Shown here one piece after another: positions 36,603 to 49,750 of a DNA stretch of 64,000 nt (the stretch's first letter is position 1; each line of letters opens with the position of its first letter). Both the position numbers and the translations under genes were made by a program. The notes under the pieces are model-generated. The model ran no database searches. It was given only the letters and a program-made list of their open reading frames with translations, and was not told where the DNA came from. The DNA is from Podospora anserina (lineage: Eukaryota). Location: NCBI GenBank assembly GCA_017654855.1, contig CM030335.1, positions 62,001 to 126,000 of the forward strand. Reading direction: 5' to 3'.

Positions 36603-38439
36603 ATGGCTCGCTGTCGGGCATTGCTACAGCTCGGTGCAACAGCGGCAGCCCTCTGGGGCTATTCGGTGTTGCCGCTCTCGATGGTTACTGCAGCGCCAAC
36701 TCCCGAATGTGTACGTCTGCTTCCGTGCAGCACAGTTCTCGGAGATAGGGGTTAACATCTTTACAGTGCGCGCTTCTTGCCCAAGTCTTTCCTGGTGATG
36801 TCTCGCCTCGAGGCACTGATGTGTGGACGTTTGAGAATGAAGACTTCTGGTGTAAGTTTGACTTGGTTGATCTAGCCCCAACCCTTGACCAGTGTATCTG
36901 ACACTTGTTTCAAGCTGCCACTGAAATTCGTAACCCATCTTGTGTCTTCCTGCCAGACTCAACCGAAAAGGTTGCGCAGGCAGTTGGCCTTTTTGTGGCC
37001 AACGAATGCCGCTTCTCCATCAAGGGAGGAGGCCACAGCGCAATCCCCCAAGCCGCAAACATCGACGATGGTGTCCTCATGCCCATGAAGCTTCTCAACA
37101 CGACCGAGGTGGACTTGGAAGCTGGTTCCATACGTGCAGGAATGGGCCTGTTGATGAGAGACATCTACCAAGCCCTTGACCCTCACAATCTGACTGCTAT
37201 GATTGGCCGCTATGAGAAGGTCGGCATGGGCCTCACTGTTGGAGCTGGCATCTCGTACTTCTTCAACCGGGAAGGCTTTGCGGTGGACAATGTCCTCAAC
37301 TACGAGGTTGTTCTGGCAAACGGTTCAGTTGTGAACGCCAACCAAACGAGTCACCGCGATCTTTTCAGGGCCCTCAAAGGTGGGAACAACAACTTTGGCG
37401 TGGTCACGCATGCCACCCTGAGAACAGTGGAGACTGAAGGTGCAGTGTACGGTGGTGTGGTGGTATGTTGAAAATTTGACGCTTTTCATGTCCAGTGACC
37501 CTAATAACGCTCTGCCAGTACTATCCGGAGTCTTCAATTCCCCAAGTGACGGACCAAATTTACGACTACCACACCCGCCAAGCCGTCGAGGATACTCTCA
37601 CCCACGTTCTACCTCAGTATGGCTACAATGGAACGTCAAACGAATCCATCGCATTTTGCCCAGTAATTTACAATCGGGCTGTTGACGAGCTGCCAGAGAT
37701 CATGCGCGGATGGGTCGACACACCATACACCCAGAGCACGTTGAAGAAGAGACCATACGCCGATCTAGCGTTTGAACTTCATGACGGTTTCCCCGATCGT
37801 CAAGTCCAAGAGCAGCGTGTCTTCACTGTCTACGCCGATGCCGACTTGTATCGCGACGTGTGGGCCGCATATCACAGCTGGCTCCAACAATGGCAACACA
37901 TCCCTGGGCTTTATGGCCTGCATGTTGTGATGCCCATCACTCAGAACTCGCTGGTGGCCAGCTATTCGAAAAGCTCAAATGTCTTGGGGCTGAATGACAA
38001 TCTGACCAATAATCAAACTTTGGGAGGTATGACCTGGCTCCTGCTTCGACGAATATTCAGATGTGGTAATGCTGACTTGTGGCAGTGCTGTACTTTGGTT
38101 TGACAATGGACAGCATGGATGACACGGCCGAAATTCTCCCCGCCCATGCAGAGTTTGTTCAGTCCATGATCGATCTTGCCAAATCGCGAAACCTATGGCA
38201 TCCGTACATGTAAGCTTATCCTGCCGGCTGTCTACCTAGGTATCTCAAAAGATCAATGTGCTGACCTCACCTCTCCCAGCATGCTAACATACTCTGGCTG
38301 GGATCAACCTGCTATCGCAAGCTATGGTCCAGAGAATGTCGCCTTCCTCTACGAGGTACAAGCCGCTTATGACCCAACCCATGTATTCCAGAGATTGGTC
38401 CCCGGAGGACAAAAGTTGCCCGAACCTGGGTCTTGGTAG
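36603..38439 (+). CDS. Secreted FAD-linked oxidoreductase (FAD_binding_4/BBE-like), multi-exon
   Basis: Signal peptide; PSCVFLP, FSIKGGGHS, DNVLNYEVVLANG, DLFRALKGGNNNFGVVT, YDPTHVFQRLVPGGQKL. Confidence 0.92.
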
Positions 38440-38947
38440 ATATAGCCATCAGCATGGAGAACCGGTAGGATATAGTTGGACGTTCGGAATCTGTACCTTA
38501 ATTTTATCGTCTTCCCCGCTAGACAAGAATAGAGAGACGGACATGCCTTCATTGGCAGGCATTAGACACGGCCGTTCGCCATTGATTTTGATGTTTGTGG
38601 TGGCTTGATCAATGATGACAGCGCTGGTTACTGGCAATTGCAAATGGACACTGACGTCGGAGAGTGAAAGGGAGGCACACGGTCTCTCGGGTGATCCGAT
38701 CTGATCATGCGATAAGGACATGACCCGAGTGTTTCTGACGGCCAGCACCTCCACTTTGACGCTGACGATACGTCACAGCACCGTAACAACGCGCCGAGTC
38801 AAAGCGTCCACAGATGTATAATTTTGCCAGTTCTCTCCCGGCAGCCTCTTGACGCTGACTTTCCTTCTGTCACCACACCATCCTGTCGTGGTAGCTACTT
38901 ACTCAAATCAGGCTCATTCTCAAATCAGATCTGCAAAACGAACCAAA

Positions 38948-39609
38948 ATGCCAATTCCCAAGCCTCAAGTTCTGCGAACCTTCTACCGATCCTCATCGGC
39001 TCGCCATGTTTCCTCCACCCCCGCCCGGTTGGCTACCGCAACCTCTCCATCCTCGCGATCCAACATCAATGACCCTCGTGGCGGAGCTCCAGTCGACGAC
39101 ATTGATCTCGTCTTCGACTACCCGACCTCGCAACAGGCCTCCCCGTCGACGAGCCCTCCCTCCCTCGAGTCCTCAGGTTTGAGTGCCTCCAGCATTTCGG
39201 GAGGCGCGTACACGGGTCACGGGTTCGACATGGACGAGACTATCATGTCGGCCCAGGAGACGGTAGGGCAGGTAAAGGACAAAATGGGCGATGTGATGCA
39301 TACCAGCAAGGCGACCATCAAGAGAGTCGACAAGGAGATGGGTTACCCAGATAATAACGTAATGTAAGTCGGGTGTTCTGTGGAAAGGTGATTGTGGCGA
39401 TGCTGATGTGTGATAGCTATGCCGGTCTGGGAGCTCTTGGACTTGCAGCACTGTATGTTACCCTCCGTGAACCTGGCGTCACGGAGGAGGTACGTCGACG
39501 GGATCCCACCTTAGATGCTCGACGCGGCATGCACAACGTCAAGCATGACTTCCCCGCCCACGCGCCGTTGGAGAACAAGGTGGAGAAGATGATCGGCCGT
39601 ACTGGTTAA
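38948..39609 (+). CDS. Small hypothetical protein, likely mitochondrial, one TM helix, 2 exons
   Basis: R/S-rich N-terminus MPIPKPQVLRTFYRSSSARHVSST; intron 39364-39417; YAGLGALGLAALYVTL TM. Confidence 0.7.
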
Positions 39610-39787
39610 TACTGTCAGCCATGTTTGGTGCAAAGACTGTAATGTTCATGGGAGGAAATGGGCGAGACCAAAAGTGAGCTGCCGCGAAGGCCAGTCTGTA
39701 TGTAAACTGGAGCGCAAAGAAACGTACCGCAAACCCTTCCAACAGTACTTTGGCAGGCAACTGTGGTCTCACGCATGATGGATGCAT

Positions 39788-40782
39788 TCATTCCCCAAGG
39801 CCCTTTTCGTCGAGGGCTGGCAGTTGGGCTCCCAGAACAGCCAGCCTGTCGGCTTGATCATTGCCATAATCCCCAGAGTGTCCAACAACTTTGGTCAAGA
39901 TGGTAATGGTCCCCTTTGCCTCCCGATCCTCCATCAGGTCCCGGATAGATTTGACCAGGTCGGCGTTTTTGACAGGGGTACCACCTGCTGTTTTCCACCC
40001 TTTCTTCACCCAAGAGACATACCACTTGGTGACGCAGTCGATTGAATACTGGCTATCAGTACGAATTTCGATTGGCGAATCAAGGTCGACGAGCTGAAGA
40101 GCTCGAAGGATGGCTGTGAGCTCCGCACGCTGATTGGTTTGTAGTGGGCCGGCGAGGCGCTCCGAGACGTTGCGTGGGTCGTCTGCACCGAACCAAACAC
40201 CAACTCCGCCGCAAGCGCCTGCTTTTCCGTTACCAGGCGCCGCGCCGTCTGTGTATACCATCGTTATCTTACCGTCAGTGCTGACCGCCTTTGACTTTTT
40301 CCTGGGTAGCACAACCTCCTCCTCCTCATCGATCTCAAGCCCACGTTTGCGTGTGGGCTGAGATTTAGCAGACTGAGCTTGGTTGGATCCAGCTGGGTAG
40401 GCCCCGAGGTAATCCTCCGCCTCAGCACGCGTGTCGAACTTTCGAAAGACTGGTCTCGTGAACCCAGTCGTTTGCATCTGCGCGCTGTCCCAATCTGTGT
40501 ATACCCCGGGCTTGTGTCCCCGAGCCACGGCATAGAACCGAGTGATTTTACCGGGGGCCGCAGGCGCACCATCCACCCATGCTGCTGCTTCATCGCGCGA
40601 GAGGAAGCTCTTGTCTGGTGAACCTGGGGATTAGCAAGGCAGATAGGGTGATCTGGACGTTGAAGAAACATACGGACAGCACCACTAACGGCGATCACCT
40701 TTTGGCATTCTTCCCACGACTCGTAAACACCAGGCTCGATGCCGACTCGGACACCGTAGAACTTCTTGGGTTTGGGTGGCAT
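39788..40782 (-). CDS. RNH1: Ribonuclease H1 with two N-terminal hybrid-binding domains, 2 exons
   Basis: KFYGVRVG..PGVYESWEEC and RFYAVARGHKPGVYTDW; catalytic VYTDGA, QTNQRAEL, TDSQY, GHSG..GNDQADRLA. Confidence 0.95.
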
Positions 40783-41059
40783 TCTGAAGCAAGCTATTGC
40801 GATGGGTGGTGGATGCAAACGAATCAAGGCCGCCAACAGTCTGGTGCGATATCTGGCTTTGGACCCGCGATTGCGAGTCAGAAATGCGAGGTTTGGCAGA
40901 GTGGTATCAGCATTAACTGAGTGTCCTGGATAAGGTAGGTACGTGAGGCTCGCCGTCAAATTGCTGCCTGCCTATACCAGACGGGGTGGCTTGGAAGCGC
41001 GACGCGGCACCGGGTCACGGGACGATAAGTGGAAGATACCGCAAGCGATAAGAGACAAC

Positions 41060-42570
41060 AGACTTTCTGCTTACCTAATTACCGTTCCATACTACCAAAG
41101 TAAACTTGTTTGATCTTTACTCCACCACAGGAATACTGTGGAGGGAGCACATATAGATCATTCTCAGCCCTAGTATACCATTTTAAGTACCTAGTATCAT
41201 AACCTCAAGACTCCGAGCAGTCTTAAGCTAGTACCGTTTATGTATGCCTGAATTGAGAGAGGGGCTAAAAGCTACTCATGTAAAGAGCAAAAGATTTACT
41301 CGGCAAACAAAAGACTAGACGTGAATCCGCGATTTAGACGCGTGACCTACCAGACTGCAGCCGGTTGCTCCACCCCCAATAAGCTACTCGTCCTTGGCTA
41401 GTTAGTATCTTGTTCGATGGAATACTCGCAGCAACAATCAAGTCTAGAAGGAGACCTATTCCGAGGTTGGTATTTACCTGTGCAGCATCCATTAGTACTG
41501 CCCGCAAGATGATCTCATTGTGCACAATGTCTCTTGACAAGGTCCTGCCATGCGTCCTCCAATGGTCATGTCAGATAGGATCATCGTGAAGGGGACGGGG
41601 GTGGTTGCAATGCAAGTACGGAACGTAGGCGTCTTGGTCGGATTGTCTTCCATCGGGCATGGCTATGTGGATCGGCACTTCAATATGTCGAAAAGGGCGT
41701 TTTCAGGCGTCTGAGAGCAACAGAATGACTTCACGGTGCAGGTTCGGGGCAATTTATATCCTTTGGTGCCAGGCAATAACCTAGATGGGTCCCTTGAGAC
41801 CTTGTACCGTATCTCGGACGTGACATCAAAGACCCGTCCAATCTTCTGCAATGTAAGACGGGCTTCAAACAGGTCATATTCGTATTTCTTCATCCGTCTT
41901 ATCTCTACACCTTCATGCATGCAGCTCATGGGATTGGACTTGGCTGCAGCCGATGTGCTTGAACGGCGAACGTCGCAAGAAACTGAATACTACTCGGTGA
42001 GCGGGTGTCCGTTTGCCAACGGCACCCCCGTGAAGGGGATTAAACGGTGGAACAACGTGAGTCTTTGCAACAATGGCATCATTTGACAACGGGGACATAT
42101 TGTGGTCCGTACCTCCAATGAAAGTTGATTTCAGATCTGCGCTACACGACTAGTTCATGGGCATTATGAGTCGACAGCCCAAGCCGGGCCATCTGTCCGC
42201 AAAGCAGAGATGAGATGAGAATGGCGGCAGAAAGGGCTCGCTCCACTGGCTATCATGTCTCTTTGCCTTAGTTCGCGGTTTCATGCCCGGATGAATCTCC
42301 AGTGTTGACATTCGTCCTGTAAAGAGGCTCTGGATCATCCACCACCCAAACTCGAGTGAAATCTCGAAAAGGACAAGATCGGCATGTTGATAACACAGAA
42401 CCAGGGACGGGGCAGACTTTGCATGAGATTCGGCAGGTATAACAAGGTTACGGCGCAGGTCCGTCGGGACCGGAGTACGGCAAGGTGGGAGGGTGGCATC
42501 GAGATGGAACAGGGGAAGGTCCGTGCCGCAGAGGCTGGTATAAGGAACGCATTTGAGATTGACTTCAATC
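41060..42570. pseudogene. TpA-rich degenerate relic (RIP-like; gene or transposon remnant)
   Basis: Visible excess of TA/CTAG/TAG at ~41060-41460; broken coding-like minus-strand frames to the right. Confidence 0.35.
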
Positions 42571-42701
42571 ACTCGTTGCAGGGCACATCCGAGAATACGC
42601 GTGCCATCTCATCCAATCTTGACATAACACCTTCCAAGCCCTTCGGATACTTGGCGTTAGAAAAGCGGGCGTTATCTTTTGATTCCCAAAACAGCGACAG
42701 C

Positions 42702-43650
42702 ATGTCCTCGTCCACGTCCGCCCCGATAACATCAACAAGGCCGGTGTGGCTAGTGACCGGCGCATCTTCTGGACTCGGTCTAGAGGTGGCAATTGAGGCA
42801 GCAAAACTGGCGACGGTTGTTGCTATTGGTCGGGATCATCACGGACTTGAACTCGCAGCGAACGCAGGATGTCGCACGGTTGAGTTAGACCTGCGAGCCT
42901 CGGCTGAGCACATTTCCTCTGTCATTGCCGACATCATCAAGACAGCGGGCCGAGTGGACGTTTTGGTGAATGCGGCTGGTTATATCCTTGAAGGTGCAGT
43001 GGAAGAGACAAGGTCCGTTTTTATCAGCCTGGCCCCTGTTCGGCCCCCTTTTACCCCTCTTCGTCATTTTTTGTCCGATGCTGACAGCAGACAGTGATGC
43101 TGAGCTTGAAGATATCTTCCTCACCAACGTTTTTGCCCCCATTCGTCTCGCGCGTACAGTGCTCCCCCACATGCGGCGTACAGGGGCTGGTGTCATCTTC
43201 AACGTGGCCGGAATCGGCGGATTCAGTGGCAGTCCAAATGCAGGAGCATATTGCTCTTCCAAAGCAGCATTGGCTACGTTCACTGAGGCTCTGCAGAGAG
43301 AGACGGGCCCATTGGGGATTCGTGTGTGCCTAGTTCAGCTTGGACATTTTAGAACTGCATTCTTGAAAGCCGGACACAGGCTTCACACTGCGCTGCGCAT
43401 TGTTGACTACGACCCAGTGCTAGACCCACTGCGGAAGGCTTTCAACGGATTGGACGGACACCAACCCGGTGACCCGGGGAAGGCCGCAAGAGCGTTGGTC
43501 CACATTGCAAGCTTAGGTGCAGATAGCATTCCTACGCTGCTCGCCCTGGGGTCCGACGTAGTTCCTGCGGAGTTGAGTGCCCACGAAGCCAAACGACAAG
43601 CATTCTTGGCACACGATACATGGACCAACAGCATGGGGTTTGACGCGTGA
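42702..43650 (+). CDS. Short-chain dehydrogenase/reductase (classical SDR), 2 exons
   Basis: VWLVTGASSGLG, VDVLVNAAG, TNVFAP, YCSSKAA (YxxxK), GHFRT, QPGDPGKAA. Confidence 0.93.
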
Positions 43651-46536
43651 GTTGACATGTGCGGCGGAAAAAGGGTGGGGGTTCGATGATGGGCAATCTG
43701 AACTCCGTTGTATAGATATAGGCATCTCTTTAGCGTAGTGCAATTCGTCCTGATCGGTTCCCTGCACAGGCAATACTGCCTGCCCAAGAAAGATCTATCG
43801 TTCAGGCTGTGAACCCCATTGCCTCGGTAATAAGCGCTCGAGAAAAGGTTGCCCCACACAACCATACGGATCGATAGCGCATGCAGAATATCAGTAGTGT
43901 GGGGACGTCGGAGACAACTTACTGTGCCTACATACCAGACCTTTCCAAGTCGAAAGAAGATTTCCCCTTGAGGTGTTGTTTGTCAACATCCAGCGTGTGC
44001 TGCTCTCTCGCATCCTCTCAAACCACCATGTTCACTCACGAGGGCCTCTTCGGTTCTGCGGGTATGCATTTTTAGCGCGCTCGGCTCGGACTGGCAAAGA
44101 GCGCTATTCCTCGATACCCGTTGCGGCCCGCTCAGATTGCTCGCCGTTTTGATCTGCGCTAACTTTGCGCCACGCCGATGGGGTTCAAGGGTGGGAGGAT
44201 TGACGTGATGCGTGAATGAAAATGCTGTACAGAAGCGATGGCAACCATGTTTCCCACAGCAGATCCGGTTTTCGACCAGATTGCTTTCTGCGCTCTGCAT
44301 TGCGAGTCTTTCCATGCCCAATCGTGCCCTGTGGTTTAGCGAAAGTCAGATCACTTCCAAGCCACTTGCGTACGCCGAGGGGCCGGGAGGAATACCCTGA
44401 CCCACGTTGCCTGCCACTGTGCCTCTGGAAAAGCTTCGCCAAACTGAGCTTCTGTTTTGAGCCTTTTTGACAGCCTCGCTGCGACGTGCCAGACTGGTCA
44501 AGACCATGGTAACGCCAGTATAGGTTACCAGTGCGCGCTTTGGCGGGTTGAGACGGGTTTGATCCGCCTTTGTCAGCCATTTCGGCAGCATTGCTCGCCG
44601 ACATTGGGATCACGCGCCTCTGTCTGCAGATGACAGCCAACCGCCAGCTTCGGAGCCCAATGGGAGGAGAGGCCAACGTCAAACGGTCCAGGCGAGCAAG
44701 TAAATATCGTGAGATGACGGCACAGAGAACACGTCCGCATTCTGATGACCTTACAGTACTGGACAAAAAACGAGAAACGAATCAAGGGTTGAATCTCATC
44801 ATTCGTGGTCTGACCAATGATCCACATAGCCATGAAATCCTCCGAAGGCGGGCGTTCCAAGGATGGAAGCAATGAACCAGGACCCTACTGCCCTCGGAGT
44901 AAGCACGCATCTCCAGATCCGTTTGTCGGCCAAAGCTTACGCCGAGCGTTAAGGGCTCTGCGTCAACTCCAGAAGTTGTTCGAGCAGTCTTTTGCTGCAC
45001 ATCACTGCTGCTCAGTAGCAAAATCACCAAGCAATTCCATGCAGGCTCATTCTGTATCCCACCCCCCCCACACACACACCCCAAAGTGCTCCAGTCAGGA
45101 CAGCTTGTCATGCCAGGAGCCAACGACAACTGAAAGCTGCCAGGGTAATGCAGTAGCGCGCCGCCTCCAAAGCACCCCTGCAAATGGCGTTGACGAGCTG
45201 TCGCCTCAGCTCCCTTCCCCCCACACCTTGATGGCTCTGTTCCTGTTCCCCTATCGCCAGCTCATTCGGACATTACTGAGGCGACCAGTCGGAGTTTGTA
45301 ACCGAACTCTACATCTTTTAAGTCCTATCTCTGGTATCTGCACTGCTCTTTCCTGAGCTGGCAGGCCGAACGATGCTCGTTGAGCGTACTCACGCCCACC
45401 CCCCACAGCCATTAATCACCATCTGATGAACGGAATTGCAATTGCCACATGGGCAAGTGGGTTCACTTTTGTCCAAAGACACTGAGAACGGCAACTGCTA
45501 CAATATCTCCGTAGCTATTGTCTCGACTTTCTGTTCGGTGATCTGTTACAACGGTTCATGATGGACAGGACGGAAGTTGCCGACGTCGCAACCCAGGACA
45601 GAAATCAAGCTTCCTCCCATCTTCTGTCATTCGTGCGCCACGAGCCGTATGGTACGTCATTCCCCGCGTCCAAGTCAAATAAACGATGCTCGGAGCCTCA
45701 GGAGACGCATGGAAAGTCTGCATCTCACACGATCCTGACACCATGCAACTTGGCCCGGCTTCTACCCGCGATCAATACGATAGGCAGGATTTCACCGAAT
45801 ATGGAGACAAGTTTGGTTCATCGACGGAAAAAAGGAGGGTGACATGGCAGGGTCGGTAAGATGATATTTGCTAAGATGTTCGGTTAGGCTGTTGCAACCC
45901 CGAACGCCTACAGTGTTGTGTGGAACAGACCCGTAGGGAAGGTATGCTTAAAGCTTGAGCTGGTGATCGACACGTTAAGGAAACCTGGCAGAGGTGTATT
46001 CAGGGCTGGCGCTAACCTCCGTGACCGGCGTTTTGTCATGCCCTCAAATCCATGGTTAATGGTTAGGGGATTAAGTGTAACCCAGCCCAACGTATGACCG
46101 TTTTCCATCCATTCTGGCCACCAAGTGGTGTTGCGGCACTCCCCCTCCGACAATCTTAGCCCTTCTCGAGTACGTCCCTCCCTTGTAGATTCGTCCCTGT
46201 TTGTTTTCCCGCCACACCTACCTGGGTGAGGCAACGTGGGTTACACTGCACGATATGCACCTCTACCGTATCAGCAACATGGAGTGGCAGGGTGGAGCTT
46301 CAAACAACATGAATGTCCCCATACATAAGTAGCAGCCTCCGGTACGCTGGAGACCTGGAATAAAAACCTGATATTTTGAGACGACGAGTAATCCAGTGTT
46401 TAGTCCGATCTCTTCAATCAGACTGCCCAAATCCGACCCGACTTGGAATAGCTGTTTTCCACTGCTCCTTGTGACCCTCACGCCAACCGGAACATCTCTG
46501 GACATAGATCGGCACCGAGGCCCGACAAGAGCAAGA

Positions 46537-48086
46537 ATGGAAGATGAGAACAGAACTCGTCAACGCGGCCGCAAACGATGGACCGAGGAAGAAGATAGCA
46601 TCCTCTATGAAGAAGCTATGAAACAATGCAAGTTATGCGTCCCGTCTGCGTGGCCTGTCTCATTGCCGTCTAACTGGGTTCCATCACAGCCACCACGGGA
46701 AATGTCAGAGATTGGCACAGGATAGCCACCAAGCTGCCGGGGAGAACAAACAAGGATTGTCGCAAACGATGGGTCAACAAAGTCTGTGGAGGGTTGAAGA
46801 AGGGACTCTGGGACCCCGAAGAAGATCGTCGACTCCAATCAGCTGTAGAAAAGCATGGGTTAAGATGGCCACTCATCGCTGCTGAGGTGGGCTATCGGAG
46901 CCCTGACCGTATGTCCTGACATTGTTGATCCACCGACTACCTAGACGATTGCCGTGGTTGCTAACAGCAAAGTTCAAAAAAGAATGTGCAAAAAGGTGGC
47001 AATATGGGCTCGACCCAAGATTAAAGCATCGAGAGTGGACAACGGAAGAGGTGTGTAATCCCGTTTCTGTACTGCGTGCTTTCCGCTAATCGCATGCTCC
47101 AGGACAAGCTGCTGCTTTCGCTTGTGCAAGAAAGAGGACGGGAGTGGAAGGCTATTCAGCACAGTCACTACCCATCGCGATCACGGATCGATCTCAAGAA
47201 CCGCTACACAATTCTCATGCGCAGACTAAACAACCCCAGCCATCAAGATGTCTTTCAGGATGAAGATGGCTCTGACACCAGCTCTGTCATATCAGCTGGC
47301 GACGCGAGTGATGATGGAACCGGCACAACAGCAGCCACAACGATCAGTACGCATAGCGGCTCATCATCACACAGGCTGCATTCAAGACAGGGCTCCAGAG
47401 TGTCTGCTGCGTCTGATCAAGTAGTGGCGCAGTCCAACACACACTCGCAACATGTTGAAGTCAGCTTGGGGACGGGACATCCGCATGTGGAGCAGCTTGA
47501 AGCAGACTTCAACGCGTCGGACTGGCTTGACTCCTCAGCCTTCTCCCTCATACCCACCACCACAGCTCAGCACGCAGGAAGCGTTGATCCATTATCGCTG
47601 ACGTCGTTTTTGGATCATCACAGTTCAGGGCTGCATCACGATACAGCTATGATGTCTTCAACCTGGGAAGATCCGTTTTCAGCGTCTGCTGCCCCGCAAG
47701 CTTACCACTTGTCTGGGTTTCATCTTTCCACAAGCACCTATCCTCAAACGGCCGGCTTAACGACGACCACAGCCACCGTTGATGACCATGATGTAGGGAA
47801 GGGGGATGTAGAGATGGAGGGAATGGTTGCTTTTGACCCGACCCTCCTTCTCGCTGATACCACGGGCACGGACAGCTATAGCACAGAGCCTATCCAATCC
47901 ACCGCGGGACCAGAGCAGGTCCCGCGATCGGAACAGAATGTGAGAGGAGAGTTGGGGTCCGGTGATGATGAAGATGTGAGCAAAGTGGTCATTGCAGTCG
48001 AAGGATGTGATAAAGATACATTGGACTATCTGCTCAATGTCACCAGACCAATCAAGGGACGTGTGAAAATGGAGATTACTATGTGA
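46537..48086 (+). CDS. Three-repeat Myb transcription factor, 4 exons
   Basis: WTEEED...WHRIA..LPGRTNKDCRKRW; WDPEED...WPLIA...RSPDQCAKRW; WTTEEDKLL...WKAI...RSRIDLKNRY; acidic/Ser-rich C-terminus. Confidence 0.92.
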
Positions 48087-48269
48087 GTAAGGGCGGTTGA
48101 ATATGTCGGTACAAAGGTAATCCTCTTTGTATGTATATAACTTGCAACTTGGGTTGGCATGGCGAAGGTGTTGAGGCGAACTTTTGGGACATGAAACATC
48201 ATATCACAAACTGCTTTTCTACTAAGGGTTTCCCATGACGGCCCTAGTATTTCATTGATATCCACAGTC

Positions 48270-49750
48270 TTGGGAAAACTTAGATGTACTGAGCTTGTGT
48301 TAGGGGCACTGCCTTAGTACTTATAGATCAAGAACTATAATACCAGGTGGGTAGGTGAACAATTAATCTTAATATATAATATACATCAACAACAGCCTGG
48401 GTTGCTCCGTTTTTATCCAGGGGTTTCTTTGGCGATCTCGAGTGTAGCTTAGTAACGCCGCTCTTATTACCACTGTCGATGTATTTTCCCTTGCTAGCAA
48501 TCTTGTTGCTAAATATATTCGCTTCTCCGTAGTCTTCCGTGGAGCTAAACTGAGTCAATATTCAAAAGTTCAAGCTGTGAACCCTCTCCGATTTCAATAG
48601 AGGTACCTATAGAGGTACCTATGCCCCCCAATGTAGGTGTCTGATAATATTGAGGGTTTAAAAGATAATTCCAAGAGTTCAAAGACATGGACGCTGAGAA
48701 CGAGTCAAATCAAAACTCCAAGAGCCTTGCAAGGGGAACTGCAACGGCGCTCTGGTGAAGGAAGTGTCTGAATGTTTGGGGGTGAGAAATATAGCCCTTT
48801 GCCGAGACTGTCGAAGGGTGTAACCAGGTAGGTACTACACCCACATCGGACCTTGGCATGCTCTTTTCAACATGAAATGTCGAGATAGCGATACAGTGAG
48901 TGGTTTCAAGCTCCAGGTCCTTTGGGGTCAAGGTTCTTAAGGGCCAGTGTACACCTAGATTATTTGTGACCGAGGAGAGCTTTCCAACTTAGGTAGGTAG
49001 TTGACACTATTGAAGGCCGGGGCCTTCACCCGGACTCAATATTCACGAGGCAGACACATATTCCTTCTCACATACATACTGAGGCCTGTACCAGCTGACC
49101 GAAATGATGGACCAATCACCCAAATATCGAGCAGGACATTGGTGCCAACCTTCAATTCTGCCATGACATGGAATGTACGCCAAGTCTGATCACCATTAAA
49201 CCGCAACGCCTTGCCATCCAGCCCTTTGGGTAGCTCGCATTTGTCTTCTCCATCCGGTATAGTGAATCGCTTGAAATGATTGGAGAACGTGCTACTCCTG
49301 CAGACCACAGCAAACATATGGTTCGTTTTACAAGACTTGCCCCCGGCCCCCATCAGTTGTCATAGATTGATCCCCATATGCCTTGTCTCCCCTGCGACAT
49401 GCTTTCCAGTCATCTGGATGTAAGGGTTCACTCCGAAAAAGCAAATACACCCTGAGTGCCTCAAACATGAAAGTTTCCGCAAATACCTTAAGGCTTACCG
49501 TTAACCGAATGCACCCCTCACGTAAAAGTTCCCCATTGATTGGTATCCTGCCTCACATTTACAAAGCTGCCATACTTCTGGCCCAAAACTGTAACAGATT
49601 GCAGAGCGCAATTAAAATTCAATATGCTAGCCGCAGCTTGACGCTCGACACTGTATCCGGGCTTGGCCTGGATGCTCGCTTGGAGATGGAGCATGTTACG
49701 AGGAGTCGAATCCTGCCGGGTAGCACGGGAAGAGTGCCATGCACTTGACC
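48270..49750 (-). pseudogene. AT/TpA-rich degenerate relic (RIP-like)
   Basis: AT-rich, TA-enriched segment at 48270-48700; interrupted coding-like frames at 48328-48558, 48710-48931 and 49036-49353. Confidence 0.35.

Noticed and set aside
43651-46536. Short ORFs in the ~2.9 kb region upstream of the Myb gene
   Set aside because: No motifs or consistent exon structure; treated as regulatory/UTR sequence.
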